DNA of 64,000 nucleotides from Moraxella sp. TY6 (GCF_048551375.1 NZ_JBLYZJ010000006.1:80051-144050); one strand, 5' to 3'; counted from the stretch's first letter, positions 40,505 to 50,911 are shown. Program-made: numbers and translations. Notes: generated from the sequence alone by a model not told the origin.

Positions 40505-41761
40505 TCAAACACCACTGGCTTTTTGGGTAAAAAACTTCATCAAAGGTTTAAACTTACTCACCGCACTCACGCCTTCACTACGCAGGTGCTGAATGGGGCG
40601 AAATTGATTCCCAAAAATCCAATTTATCCCAGAAAAACTGTGCATCATCATGGCATTATGGGCATAGCGTACTCGCTCATAGCGTTGTAGCGTGGCAAAT
40701 TCCGCCCAGTTTTTACCACCACTTCGCTCAAAGTCGTTTTGCAAGATTTTGACCAAATCAATAACATCCAGCATTCCCAAGTTTAGACCTTGCCCTGCCA
40801 ATGGATGTACGCCATGCCCTGCATCGCCAATCAACGCAAGGTTGGGTTTGACATAGCCTTTGGCATGTTGGGCATTGAGTGGAAAACTGGCAATCGACTC
40901 GATATCAGTAATATCACCCAACGCATAGCCACTGGCAAAGGCAAGTTCTTTTGCCAAATCTTGCGGTGATAAGGTCAGCAAATCGAGTGCTGTATTAGTC
41001 GGTAATGACCACACCACCGACTGCCAATGTTGTGGGTCGGCTTTATCGCTGTCAGTGACATCGGCAAGCGGTAATAATGCCAAAATACTGTCGCTCAAAA
41101 ACACTTGGCGAGCGGTGGCGTTATGCGGTTGTTCGGTCTTTATCGCACAGCAAATGGCGGTCTGATGATATGCCAAGGTATCTAGCCCAATGCCTGCGGT
41201 TTGGCGTACCATCGAGCCTCGCCCATCCGCCCCAATCAATAGCTTGGCGGTGTGGCTATCACCATTATCTAAGGTGACACGGTAGCCATCGCCTAGCCAG
41301 TCAAGGCTAGTGACTTTATGCCCTGCAATATGGGTCAGATATGGCGTTACGTCTTCATCATCAAACCCATCATACAGAGATTTTTCGATGATAAACGGCT
41401 CGACCATACTGCCGAGTAGTTGTGGGTTTTGTTGAGGATTGTCCTGCTCATTGTCTAGGTCGCCAAATTTGAGTTCGCCAACGCCATTGGTTTGCCATAC
41501 TTGCATTTGGGTGTAGTCGGCTTTGCGTTGGGATTCGGCGATACGTTGCCATGCACCGACTTGTTTGAGCAGTCCGATACTGGCAAGGCTAAGGGCATAC
41601 ACACGAGCGTCACGGCGGGTGAGTTTGTCCGCCCAGTCGTTTGGGGATAGCTTGGGGCGTGCGTCAATGAGGGTAACAGGGTGTTTGTTTTGGGCGAGGC
41701 TTAAGGCAAGTGTCGCTCCGACAATGCCACCGCCGATGATGAGAGTTGAGTTTTTTTTCAT
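40505..41761 (-). CDS. FAD-dependent UbiH/UbiF/UbiI-family hydroxylase
   Basis: 418 aa; GGGIVGATLALSL FAD-binding fold and UbiH-family length; A8 run immediately after the ATG. Confidence 0.85.
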   Translation of the reverse strand: MKKNSTLIIGGGIVGATLALSLAQNKHPVTLIDARPKLSPNDWADKLTRRDARVYALSLASIGLLKQVGAWQRIAESQRKADYTQMQVWQTNGVGELKFGDLDNEQDNPQQNPQLLGSMVEPFIIEKSLYDGFDDEDVTPYLTHIAGHKVTSLDWLGDGYRVTLDNGDSHTAKLLIGADGRGSMVRQTAGIGLDTLAYHQTAICCAIKTEQPHNATARQVFLSDSILALLPLADVTDSDKADPQHWQSVVWSLPTNTALDLLTLSPQDLAKELAFASGYALGDITDIESIASFPLNAQHAKGYVKPNLALIGDAGHGVHPLAGQGLNLGMLDVIDLVKILQNDFERSGGKNWAEFATLQRYERVRYAHNAMMMHSFSGINWIFGNQFRPIQHLRSEGVSAVSKFKPLMKFFTQKASGV

Positions 41762-41972
41762 TGGTAATCTGATTTAAAAGAATGATTTTAAGACTGGGTA
41801 ATAGCATACCACAATAGCCTGTCATTAGATGATTGGATTATGGCAAAAACTTAAATCGCCCTCAATAGTTAAACTTTGTTAAGGATTTTTATACCATAAA
41901 GCGACAATTCATTTGACTAGGTTATCACGCTGTTTGATTATAATGGGTAATAAATTTCTTGAGGTAATATCA

Positions 41973-42275
41973 ATGATTGATTTAATGAGTTCGTTGTCGA
42001 TTTTTATGGTTTATCCGTTTATTGCGTTTATCATTGCAGTTGTATTTTGGGGCTTGGGAATTGGGCTAAAAAGCAAGGTGTTAAAGGTCGCAAGCCTAGC
42101 ATGGGTGGGCTATGGCATTTGGGAATATTTGATGTATTTTAAGGTGCTTTGTAGTGGCGACTGCAATATTCGTATTGATTTATTGGTGATTTTTCCAATT
42201 TTACTGCTGTTTAGTGTTGGGGCGGTTGGTTATGTGATTTATCGAAAAACTAGAGGTAATCAAAAAATTCGTTAA
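41973..42275 (+). CDS. small hypothetical membrane protein (3 TM)
   Basis: AT-rich ORF, hydrophobic segments; 130 bp upstream of the 1042-aa gene on the same strand. Confidence 0.3.
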   Translation: MIDLMSSLSIFMVYPFIAFIIAVVFWGLGIGLKSKVLKVASLAWVGYGIWEYLMYFKVLCSGDCNIRIDLLVIFPILLLFSVGAVGYVIYRKTRGNQKIR

Positions 42276-42406
42276 ACCAAGAAATAGTCAAAGGGAATTT
42301 TGGACATTATTCGTGTGGTAGTCTATAAATTTCAGTTATTTGGTAGTATGATTACAAAATAGTTTTCATAATTACTCTAACAGATTAACGACACAAGGAA
42401 TAACCC

Positions 42407-45400
42407 ATGAGTGCAGGATTAATCAGACATCTAAAAGCCAAAACCGAACAAGATAGCAATACGGCTATTTTGCTTGCTCAATGGGAATTTGACCAAAAAC
42501 TGGTTGGCAAGGCTTTGGAAAATATTGCTAGCTATTATCCACACTTTAGCAGTCATAATGCTTCACATTCACACCAAATTCTTGTCAATATTGAGCGTTT
42601 ATTAGATAAAAATATAATTGAATTATCGGCTACAGATACTTGGCTGTTACTCGAATCTGCCTATTGGCATGATGTGGGTATGTTATTTAATAGCCAACAG
42701 GTTCAGGACATTATCAAAGATAGTAAGTTTAAAGAATATGTCGAAACCCTTGCCAATGATAATAGCCAAGATTTACACGAATTTGCGAAAAAATGGCATG
42801 ATACTGACTGGAAACAAGCCTTGGCAATGTATGACCATCCACAAAAAGGCGTGGAAAAATACCGCCAAATGGTGGCTGAATGGTATCGCCGTGACCATGC
42901 TAAAAACTCTCAACGTGTGGTCGCTGACCCTTTTGAAATTCTTGGTATTAACTCACCCCGCACCGAACTATTACCAAAACGCATTTATCGTTATTTAGGG
43001 CAAATTTGTCTTGCACATGGCACAAGTTTTGAGAGTGTCATGTCACAACTGCCCTATCGCCAAACAGGTATGGGAACAGAAAACTGCCATCCTCGATTTG
43101 TGGCGTGTATGCTACGCTTGGGCGATTTGTTTGATATTGATGATAACCGATTTTGCCCTGTTATGATGAAACAAACAACCATGCCAAAATTGAGTGAGGC
43201 TCATCATCATAAGCATTTGGCGATTCGTGAGTTTCAGCTTGATAACAAGACGGTCAGTATCACCGCAGAATGTGAAGATGAAGATGCGTATATCCAAACG
43301 CAGATGTGGTTTGGCTGGATTAAAGAAGAGATGCAAAATCAAATGTCACAATGGAAAAACATTGTGCCGAACCGTTCCTTTGGTCTGCTACCTACGATTC
43401 AAAAGCTTGATGTGGTGATGACAAGTTCTAAGATTTTGCTCAATAACAAGCCAATGAAGTTTGGGCTGGATGAGAAAAGTGCGATTGAGCTGTTGCAAGG
43501 TAGAAATCTGTACGATGATGAGACCAATATCTACCGTGAGCTGATTCAAAATGCGGTGGATGCGACCTATCTGCGAGTATGGATTGAGCATGGTATGCGT
43601 AAGCGTGAGATTACCGATGACTTCCATCCGTTTCATCCAAAGTTTCAAGAGATTTTGGAGAATTATCCGATTACCATTGATTTTGTAAAATTGGAAGATG
43701 AGCCGAATTCTGATTATAGTATTTGGCAGTTTAGTTTGACGGACAATGGGACTGGCATTAGCCTGAAAGATTTGGAGTATATGCAGAAGATTGCAGGGTC
43801 TAGTCGCAATGTTGAGAAAAAACGTTTAATGGCTGATATGCCTGTGTGGATGCGTCCGTCTGGTGCGTTTGGGATTGGGTTACATAGTGCGTTTTTGTTG
43901 CTAGATAAAGGCAGAGAGGAAGATAACAAGATTGTTCTTGAGACAAAGAGTATTGCGGATAATGCGTCTTATCGGATTGAGATGACTTCGCCAATTTCGG
44001 GGAATCAGGGGTACTGTTTTATTGAAAAATTAAGTGATGAAGAAAATTTAAAAAGGGATTATGGTACTAAGCTCAACATTAATATAAGGGTAGAAAGAAA
44101 AGGTAGAAGATATTTTTATCTATCTGATGAGTTTAAAGAAAACATATTAATAAATAAATACCAAAAAGAATTTGACACGTTAAAAACGCCAATTTTTGAT
44201 TTTTCTAAAATATTATTCATTACAAGAAAAATTCGTGAAAAAATCATTACAAATATCTCTGTACCAATAGAATTTAAGCATCTTGAAAGCATTAATAATA
44301 CAAATGGGAATGCTATCACGAATCCAATTAATAGCTTCACTCCCAATCATATACTTCGCATTTGGTATGGTAAAGAAAACTTATATGTATCTTTAATCAA
44401 TCTAAGCCAAGTTGACAGTCTTACATTTTTTGAGAGTAGCTTTAGATGTATGACTTATTTTAAAGGACAAGAAATAGACAGATTATCCGTCAATATTATT
44501 CCTTCGGACATGGATTTTTTCGGCTTTAATGCTAAAGAATCTCTTCAAATAGATAGAAATAAATGGAGCAAAAACTTCTTGGAAACTCTTGAAGAAAAAA
44601 ATTATTTCTTTGAATTGAATAAAAATATTATTATTGATAATTACTCTGATATTAAAGAGCATCTCTCAAATAGTAAAGTTATGAGTGCCTTACTTTACTA
44701 TTACAAGATAGAATACCTAGACAACAGTATTAAAGACTTATGGAAAGAGATGAAATTAACTACAAGTCATAATGTTAAATATAGTGCAAATCTTGATATT
44801 AGTTACAAAGGTTTAATAAGCTTAGACCAATTTACAATAGAAGAAGACACTACAGTAAATGGAAATTATATTAACAATATTAAAATCGAAGATTTACCGA
44901 ACAATACTATTGTAGTATCAAACTTGAACAATCATAACTATTTTTATGAAAATTTTGTAAATGAATGGTATAAATCAGGTGGAGATATTATTGAAACTAA
45001 AAGTGAAGAAATTAGAACCTTTAAGTTAAGAAAAATTAATCAAACTAATAATTTACTTTTTGAACATCTGAAAAATCAATTAAAGAGTAATGTTACAAGA
45101 ATAATATTAGATTCAGATGAGATAAGAGATTATAGTTTGAATTACTTGGAGGATATTATTTGTTTCAGTGAAGCTCATGAGAACTTTCTAGGAAATAATA
45201 CAAACCGTGAAAAGGTCTTCTTATCACCTTTTGCTTTCTTTAGAGATGATGAAAAAGCCATAATAGCTGTAGCAAATTTTGAATTTTTGTGTCAATCTGT
45301 GTTCGATGAGCTAAAGAAGAATGGAAAATATATCAGATTAGATTCAATCAAAGAAAAATATGAAAAATTCATTTCTCAAGCTGATGAATTAATGAAAAAT

Positions 45401-45535
45401 ATTCCAGAATGGGTTGAAGCAAGAGAGATGGGGAGAGACTTCATACCAAAAGATATTCGAGAGCTTGAAGATATGTTTAAACCATCAGATGAAGTTTTAA
45501 AGGCTTACGAATCTGAAAAAGAAAAAAGAAAATAA
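42407..45535 (+). CDS. 1042-aa HD-domain + GHKL (Hsp90/MORC-like) ATPase protein with AT-rich C-terminal extension; candidate defence or stress protein
   Basis: HD motif HSHQILVNIERLL..YWHDVGM (~42.56-42.68 kb); Bergerat-fold boxes RELIQNAVDA (43.53 kb), DNGTGIS (43.74 kb), GAFGIGLHSAF (43.86 kb); GC falls from about 42% to about 28% after ~43.95 kb. Confidence 0.8.
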   Translation: MSAGLIRHLKAKTEQDSNTAILLAQWEFDQKLVGKALENIASYYPHFSSHNASHSHQILVNIERLLDKNIIELSATDTWLLLESAYWHDVGMLFNSQQVQDIIKDSKFKEYVETLANDNSQDLHEFAKKWHDTDWKQALAMYDHPQKGVEKYRQMVAEWYRRDHAKNSQRVVADPFEILGINSPRTELLPKRIYRYLGQICLAHGTSFESVMSQLPYRQTGMGTENCHPRFVACMLRLGDLFDIDDNRFCPVMMKQTTMPKLSEAHHHKHLAIREFQLDNKTVSITAECEDEDAYIQTQMWFGWIKEEMQNQMSQWKNIVPNRSFGLLPTIQKLDVVMTSSKILLNNKPMKFGLDEKSAIELLQGRNLYDDETNIYRELIQNAVDATYLRVWIEHGMRKREITDDFHPFHPKFQEILENYPITIDFVKLEDEPNSDYSIWQFSLTDNGTGISLKDLEYMQKIAGSSRNVEKKRLMADMPVWMRPSGAFGIGLHSAFLLLDKGREEDNKIVLETKSIADNASYRIEMTSPISGNQGYCFIEKLSDEENLKRDYGTKLNINIRVERKGRRYFYLSDEFKENILINKYQKEFDTLKTPIFDFSKILFITRKIREKIITNISVPIEFKHLESINNTNGNAITNPINSFTPNHILRIWYGKENLYVSLINLSQVDSLTFFESSFRCMTYFKGQEIDRLSVNIIPSDMDFFGFNAKESLQIDRNKWSKNFLETLEEKNYFFELNKNIIIDNYSDIKEHLSNSKVMSALLYYYKIEYLDNSIKDLWKEMKLTTSHNVKYSANLDISYKGLISLDQFTIEEDTTVNGNYINNIKIEDLPNNTIVVSNLNNHNYFYENFVNEWYKSGGDIIETKSEEIRTFKLRKINQTNNLLFEHLKNQLKSNVTRIILDSDEIRDYSLNYLEDIICFSEAHENFLGNNTNREKVFLSPFAFFRDDEKAIIAVANFEFLCQSVFDELKKNGKYIRLDSIKEKYEKFISQADELMKNIPEWVEAREMGRDFIPKDIRELEDMFKPSDEVLKAYESEKEKRK

Positions 45536-45539
45536 TATG

Positions 45540-45575
45540 AAACGCCACAGTGAAATGTGGCGTTTTTATTGATAG
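45540..45575. terminator. rho-independent terminator (shared by convergent genes)
   Basis: aaacgccacagtgaaatgtggcgtttttatt. Confidence 0.7.
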
Positions 45576-45577
45576 AT

Positions 45578-46828
45578 TTAACTTTTCAAACCCATTGCAA
45601 AAGTAGCGACCATCGGCTTCACAAACGGCACTTTATCAAAGGCAACCAGACCAACATTACGGGCAAACTTCAACACTGGATTGTTAATAGTAAAGCCATA
45701 CACCACCGTATCGCAGAACAACTCAACCCTCTTTTGGTCGGCTTTACGACGTTTCTCATAACCTTGTAACATCTCTGCTTTGGCGATATCTTCCCCACGC
45801 ATGGCTTGCTGAGCGATTAATCGGGCAAGCGTATCAGCATCTCGCATACACAGATTAAAGCCCTGCCCTGCCACAGGGTGCAAGGTATGCGCTGCATTGC
45901 CCATGATGACACAGCGACCCACCACTTGACGCTCAGCAAGCACCTTGACCAACGGGTACGCCCCACGCTTGCCAGCCTTGACGAATTTGCCTGCTCGCTT
46001 GCCAAACGCCTGCTGAATGCTGTGTAAAAAATACGCCTCGTCTGTGAGATATCGGCTCTCTTCGCCTTTTTTACAGACCCAAACCACAGAGCGACGATAT
46101 CCCTTTTGGGCTTGACGACCATCACCTTCAAAATCAGTCAATGGTAATACAGCGACCAAGCCTTGCTCGGTAAAGCGTTCTATCGCCACATGGTAATGCG
46201 GGGTATCCGTCATCACCACACCCACGATACCAACTTGATTATAGTCATGGAAACTTGAGCCAACGCTCAGTAGCTTGCGACATGGCGAATTTTGTCCATC
46301 ACAAGCCACAAGCATATCTGCAGTGAGTTGTTGGGTATCTTGAACGTCATTCTTTTTATAATCAACCTTGACCTGTCTATCCGTTTGCTTAATAGCCGTC
46401 ACACTTGCTCCTGTAATCAGGGTAATCAGCGGACTATCCTGCACAGCCATGAGTAGCTTTCGCCCTAGCCAAGCGTTTTCCATGACTTGACCAAAGCTTT
46501 CGACTTTTTCTTCATGCTTATTTAGGGTGGCTTTGCCAAAGCTGTCTTGTTCGCTGATTTGCACTTGATCGATACGACAGGCATGGCTTTGTAAGTCATC
46601 CCAAAGCCCGATACTGTCATAAATCTGTACAGTACGGCGGGACAGTGCGATATTACGGCTGTCAAATTGCTGGCGGTCAAGGTCGTCATCGGGCGAAATG
46701 GTGGGGTATTTGATTTTTTCGATTAGCGTGCTTTTGATGCCTTTATTCGCCAATAATAAGGCAAACGATAAGCCGACATTGCCACCGCCAATGATGGCAA
46801 CGGTTTGGGAGGTGATGGGATTATTCAT
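45578..46828 (-). CDS. FAD-dependent UbiH/UbiF/UbiI-family hydroxylase (paralog)
   Basis: 416 aa; IIGGGNVGLSFALLL and overall UbiH-family similarity. Confidence 0.85.
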   Translation of the reverse strand: MNNPITSQTVAIIGGGNVGLSFALLLANKGIKSTLIEKIKYPTISPDDDLDRQQFDSRNIALSRRTVQIYDSIGLWDDLQSHACRIDQVQISEQDSFGKATLNKHEEKVESFGQVMENAWLGRKLLMAVQDSPLITLITGASVTAIKQTDRQVKVDYKKNDVQDTQQLTADMLVACDGQNSPCRKLLSVGSSFHDYNQVGIVGVVMTDTPHYHVAIERFTEQGLVAVLPLTDFEGDGRQAQKGYRRSVVWVCKKGEESRYLTDEAYFLHSIQQAFGKRAGKFVKAGKRGAYPLVKVLAERQVVGRCVIMGNAAHTLHPVAGQGFNLCMRDADTLARLIAQQAMRGEDIAKAEMLQGYEKRRKADQKRVELFCDTVVYGFTINNPVLKFARNVGLVAFDKVPFVKPMVATFAMGLKS

Positions 46829-47211
46829 AGCATTTCTCTAATTTTAATTGGCTTGTTTTAGGTCGTTTATTTTTAGGTAGCTGTTGGATGGATTTATTTT
46901 AACATAACTACAGTGGTTTTTTGGCGTTGGTTGCTTTCACAATAACTTTTGGTTATTCCATCAATTTCGCCCTAGCCTTTTTGTGTGCGTTCTGTTAAAA
47001 TACGCAAAATCTATATCCAAGCGAGTAGGCATGACAAAGTTAATGGCACACACTGGTAAGTATCATCAAGACCAGTTAGCTATTTTCTTTTAAATCAATG
47101 CTTCCTCGCTTTTTTGTGGGCGAAATTTGGTCTTTTTAAGACAAAAAAATTTTGCCTGTAAAAAGGTATGGTACAAAATTTGACATTTGGCAGACACAGG
47201 GCGAAGCAACG

Positions 47212-48402
47212 ATGAAAACACAAATTCCCGCAATTTTGGCATTAACCGATGGCACAGTTTTTAAGGGCATTAGCATCGGTGCAAGCGGACACACCGTTGG
47301 CGAAGTGGTGTTTAACACCGCCATGACAGGCTATCAAGAAATCCTGACCGACCCTAGCTATGCCGAGCAAATCGTCACCCTCACCTACCCACACATCGGC
47401 AATACAGGCACGAATGCCGAAGACACCGAATCTGGGCGTATCAAAAAGGTATGGGCAAACGGCTTGATTATCCGTGATTTGACCATGGTAACTAGCAACT
47501 TCCGCTCAACCGAATCTTTGACCGATTATTTGTTCAATAACAACACGGTCGCCATTGCCGATATCGACACTCGCAAGCTCACTCGCCTACTCCGTACCAA
47601 AGGGGCAATGAACGGCTGTATCATGACCGCAGACGCTGACGGCAATCTTGATGAGGCGAAAGCGGTGGCACTTGCTCAAAGTTTTGCAGGCATTAAAGGC
47701 ATGGACTTGGCAAAAGTCTGCTGTGATAAAGACGGCTTTGAGTGGACGCAAGGCTCTTGGGAATTGGTTAGCCCTGAAGTGAGTAGCACTTGTGGACGTT
47801 TTAAAGAACTTGGCACGGATATCGAAAAACGCTTTAACATCGTGGCGTATGATTTTGGCATTAAAACCAATATCTTGCGTATGCTTGTGGATAGAGGCTG
47901 TCATGTCACCGTTGTCCCTGCCCAGACCCCAGTTGCGGATGTTTTAAAACACAATCCAGATGGTATTTTCTTGTCAAACGGTCCTGGCGACCCTGCACCT
48001 TGTACTTATGCGATTGAGGCGATTAAGCACGTCATCACCGAAACGGATATTCCGCTATTTGGGATTTGTTTGGGTCATCAGTTGCTGGCGTTGGCAAGTG
48101 GGGCGAATACGCTTAAGATGAAGTTCGGTCATCATGGGGCGAACCACCCTGTGCAAGATATTGAGAATGGTACGGTGATGATTACGTCACAGAATCATGG
48201 TTTTGCGGTGGATGAAGACAGCTTGCCAAGTAATGTAAAAGTAACGCATCGTTCGTTGTTTGATGGGTCGAATCAAGGCATTGAATTGACGAATAAGCCT
48301 GCGTTTAGTTTCCAAGGTCACCCAGAGGCAAGCCCCGGCCCGCATGACTGCTCGCCGTTGTTTGATAAATTCGCTGAGTTGATGGTGAAAGCGAAAGGTT
48401 AA
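47212..48402 (+). CDS. carA: carbamoyl-phosphate synthase small (glutaminase) subunit
   Basis: start at ATG 47212 ([19 protein letters not shown]..); GATase catalytic region ICLGHQLL. Confidence 0.95.
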   Translation: MKTQIPAILALTDGTVFKGISIGASGHTVGEVVFNTAMTGYQEILTDPSYAEQIVTLTYPHIGNTGTNAEDTESGRIKKVWANGLIIRDLTMVTSNFRSTESLTDYLFNNNTVAIADIDTRKLTRLLRTKGAMNGCIMTADADGNLDEAKAVALAQSFAGIKGMDLAKVCCDKDGFEWTQGSWELVSPEVSSTCGRFKELGTDIEKRFNIVAYDFGIKTNILRMLVDRGCHVTVVPAQTPVADVLKHNPDGIFLSNGPGDPAPCTYAIEAIKHVITETDIPLFGICLGHQLLALASGANTLKMKFGHHGANHPVQDIENGTVMITSQNHGFAVDEDSLPSNVKVTHRSLFDGSNQGIELTNKPAFSFQGHPEASPGPHDCSPLFDKFAELMVKAKG

Positions 48403-48404
48403 TA

Positions 48405-48974
48405 ATGGCAATTAAATTAGACGGTTCTTGGTCGGTCGGTTATGCCTATGACAAACATATCGAACATAGCACATTTTTGGGCTATGATGACCAAGGTCGC
48501 CCTTTATTTGACACCACTCGCACCTATTATATGGGTGAGTTGATTTACCAACTCAAATATCAGCAAAAACTTGATAACATTGATAAAATCATCGATTTAT
48601 TACTCGCTCAATTTTCTAATTTTGAAAAATTTAACATGGTTGTGCCAGCACCGTTTTCCACCCCCCGATTGCACCAACCTGTTTATTTAATCGCCGAGCA
48701 GTTAGCCAAACGACTGAATATCAGTTATCAGCCGATATTGCACAAAATACAGGCAAAAATTCCACTCAAAAACTTAGCAACATTTGATGAAAAGATAGAA
48801 AATTTGTCACACAATATTGAGCTAGATAAACAAAGCAATGTTGCCAATCAAACTATTTTGCTACTAGATGATTTATTTGACAGTGGAGCAACGCTCGATT
48901 CTGCCACACAACTACTGATGCAAGCAGGGGCAAAAGAAGTAAATGTCTTGGTACTTACCAAAACTCGAGGATAA
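48405..48974 (+). CDS. phosphoribosyltransferase (PRTase)-domain protein, ShosT-like
   Basis: 189 aa; PRPP-binding loop ILLLDDLFDSGATL; ATG 2 nt after the carA stop. Confidence 0.6.
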   Translation: MAIKLDGSWSVGYAYDKHIEHSTFLGYDDQGRPLFDTTRTYYMGELIYQLKYQQKLDNIDKIIDLLLAQFSNFEKFNMVVPAPFSTPRLHQPVYLIAEQLAKRLNISYQPILHKIQAKIPLKNLATFDEKIENLSHNIELDKQSNVANQTILLLDDLFDSGATLDSATQLLMQAGAKEVNVLVLTKTRG

Positions 48975-48977
48975 ACC

Positions 48978-49541
48978 ATGCAACCGATATTTTTTTCAGG
49001 TTCTCGAAGTTTAGTCAGCTTACCAGCTATGGTACAGCAACGTATTTTTGACAATATTTTGCAAAAAAACTTCCCTATTGTCATTGGGGATGCTGATGGT
49101 GCAGATAGCACATTACAAGCGTTTTTTGCGACCCAATACTATGATTTGGTGAAAGTTTTTTGTGCAGGTGGCAAATGCCGTAATAATATAGGTAATTGGC
49201 AAATTCAGACCATTGCAAGCTCTGCCAAAGGTCGAGCCTTTTATACCGCTAAAGATGTAGCAATGGCAAATGTCGCTAATTATGGGTTTGTGCTTTGGGA
49301 TGGTCAAAGCATTGGTTCGCTTAATAATATTGCTGAGTTATTAAAGCAAAACAAACCATCATTGGTCTATTTTGAGCCTAATCAACAGTTTATAAAAGTT
49401 GTATCAGAACAGGACTTGAATGATTTATTACAAATCGCTGATAAAGGTTTGGCAAATACCATTATCCAAAAGGGTTCAACATATTTAAAGCAACTATCAA
49501 AGAATGGTAATTTTTATCAACAGAATAGTTTGTGGAATTAA
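48978..49541 (+). CDS. DprA/Smf-like SLOG Rossmann-domain protein, ShosA-like
   Basis: 187 aa; FFSGSRSL..PIVIGDADGADS..CAGG pattern typical of DprA/LOG-type SLOG domains; RBS GAGGA. Confidence 0.55.
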   Translation: MQPIFFSGSRSLVSLPAMVQQRIFDNILQKNFPIVIGDADGADSTLQAFFATQYYDLVKVFCAGGKCRNNIGNWQIQTIASSAKGRAFYTAKDVAMANVANYGFVLWDGQSIGSLNNIAELLKQNKPSLVYFEPNQQFIKVVSEQDLNDLLQIADKGLANTIIQKGSTYLKQLSKNGNFYQQNSLWN

Positions 49542-49784
49542 AGGAAAATACTGTTTCCACCTTCGTAAATGTAGTTGCCAAAACGTATTTTTATAGTTAA
49601 CACTGAATTATAGTGAACAAGGTCGTTCGTGGTGAGCTTGTCGAACCATAACGACCGCCACCCTTCGACAGGCTCAGGGCGAGCGGTGTTCATTATGATT
49701 TCGGATTCACTATAACAAAGTGGCTAATTGAATTTGAGTATGATGAATTTTATTTGGATTAATAATTGGGTAAATGAATAAGCA

Positions 49785-50900
49785 ATGACCGAAATTAAAA
49801 TCAAAGACTTGCGTGGTGTCGGTGACGTTGAGCTACAACTTGACGATAGCAAACGTGTCTTTGTTTTTTTTGGGTCAAATGGTGTTGGGAAAACGAAAAC
49901 GTTAGAAAGCTTGTTCCTTTTTCTTTTTTATAAAACTACTGGTTTTAAATTTGAATTAGAAAAAGATAATATCTTTAATTTTTTTAAAAACATAACATAT
50001 TCTAATAAAAAACTGAAATTCGTTGATTATTTTTTCAGAGATAGTAATGCTCTTTTTTTTGATTATCACTATTTAAAAGATTTAGTACCCTATTTTGGCT
50101 ATCAAGCTATTGCCTATTTAGGTGCAAATGAGAGAAGTAAAATCTTAAAAAGTTCTGATAGTCATAGTTTAAACAATGGATTATCGGATAGAAAAAATAA
50201 TTATATATTATCTATACACAACGCAATTAATGACCAAACATTAACTAATTTTGCGATGAATCAAAATATTCATCTTTGGTTTACCGAGCGAGCCAAATCC
50301 GTCAATCCCTACCAAAAAGAAGAAGACAATCGCAAAGTTGATATTGATACGGTTTTAAATGCATTAAACATTTTAGACAGTCGCATTGAAAAAACGCTAA
50401 AAATTGATGGTGACGGCAATGTGTTTTTAACCATTGAAGGACAAGAACGAGAGTTAAGCGAATTAAGCTCTGGTTTTATCTCGGTGGTAAAAATCATTCA
50501 ATCCATAATTTCAGCTTATTCCGCCTTTACCAATGCCACCGATTTATTAAACGTCAAAGGCGTGGTATTGATTGACGAAATTGAAAGCCATTTACACATC
50601 GAATGGCAAACCAAAATCGTACCGACTTTAAAAAATTTGTTTCCCAATACCACATTCTATATCGCTACCCATTCGCCATTAGTATTATCACAGTTAGACG
50701 AAGGCGAAGCTTATTTATTAAAGCGTGATGATGACAATGTTGTAAGAAGTTCGGTAATCAACTCGCCTAACACTCGATTACTTGAAAATGTTTTGCAAGA
50801 TGCTTTTGATGTCGATTTGAACCAATTAAAACGTGACAATATGGAACATATCGACCAAAGTAAAGCTAAACAAAAATTACTAGCACTATTAAACAGATAA
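49785..50900 (+). CDS. ABC-type AAA_21 ATPase (AT-rich)
   Basis: 371 aa; Walker A GSNGVGKT, VVLIDEIESHLH Walker B/D-loop, ATHSP H-loop; about 30% GC. Confidence 0.7.
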   Translation: MTEIKIKDLRGVGDVELQLDDSKRVFVFFGSNGVGKTKTLESLFLFLFYKTTGFKFELEKDNIFNFFKNITYSNKKLKFVDYFFRDSNALFFDYHYLKDLVPYFGYQAIAYLGANERSKILKSSDSHSLNNGLSDRKNNYILSIHNAINDQTLTNFAMNQNIHLWFTERAKSVNPYQKEEDNRKVDIDTVLNALNILDSRIEKTLKIDGDGNVFLTIEGQERELSELSSGFISVVKIIQSIISAYSAFTNATDLLNVKGVVLIDEIESHLHIEWQTKIVPTLKNLFPNTTFYIATHSPLVLSQLDEGEAYLLKRDDDNVVRSSVINSPNTRLLENVLQDAFDVDLNQLKRDNMEHIDQSKAKQKLLALLNR

Positions 50901-50911
50901 CAGGTGAAGCG

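Noticed and set aside
42407-45535. Two-component sensor histidine kinase
   Set aside because: The ATPase has Hsp90/MORC-type G2 box and N-box. There is no HisKA/H-box, no TM sensor and no adjacent response regulator. An HD domain sits N-terminal to it.
49612-49700. tRNA or tmRNA gene
   Set aside because: No cloverleaf-compatible arms or GTTCGAATC-type T-loop. Kept only as a GC-rich structured segment of unknown nature.
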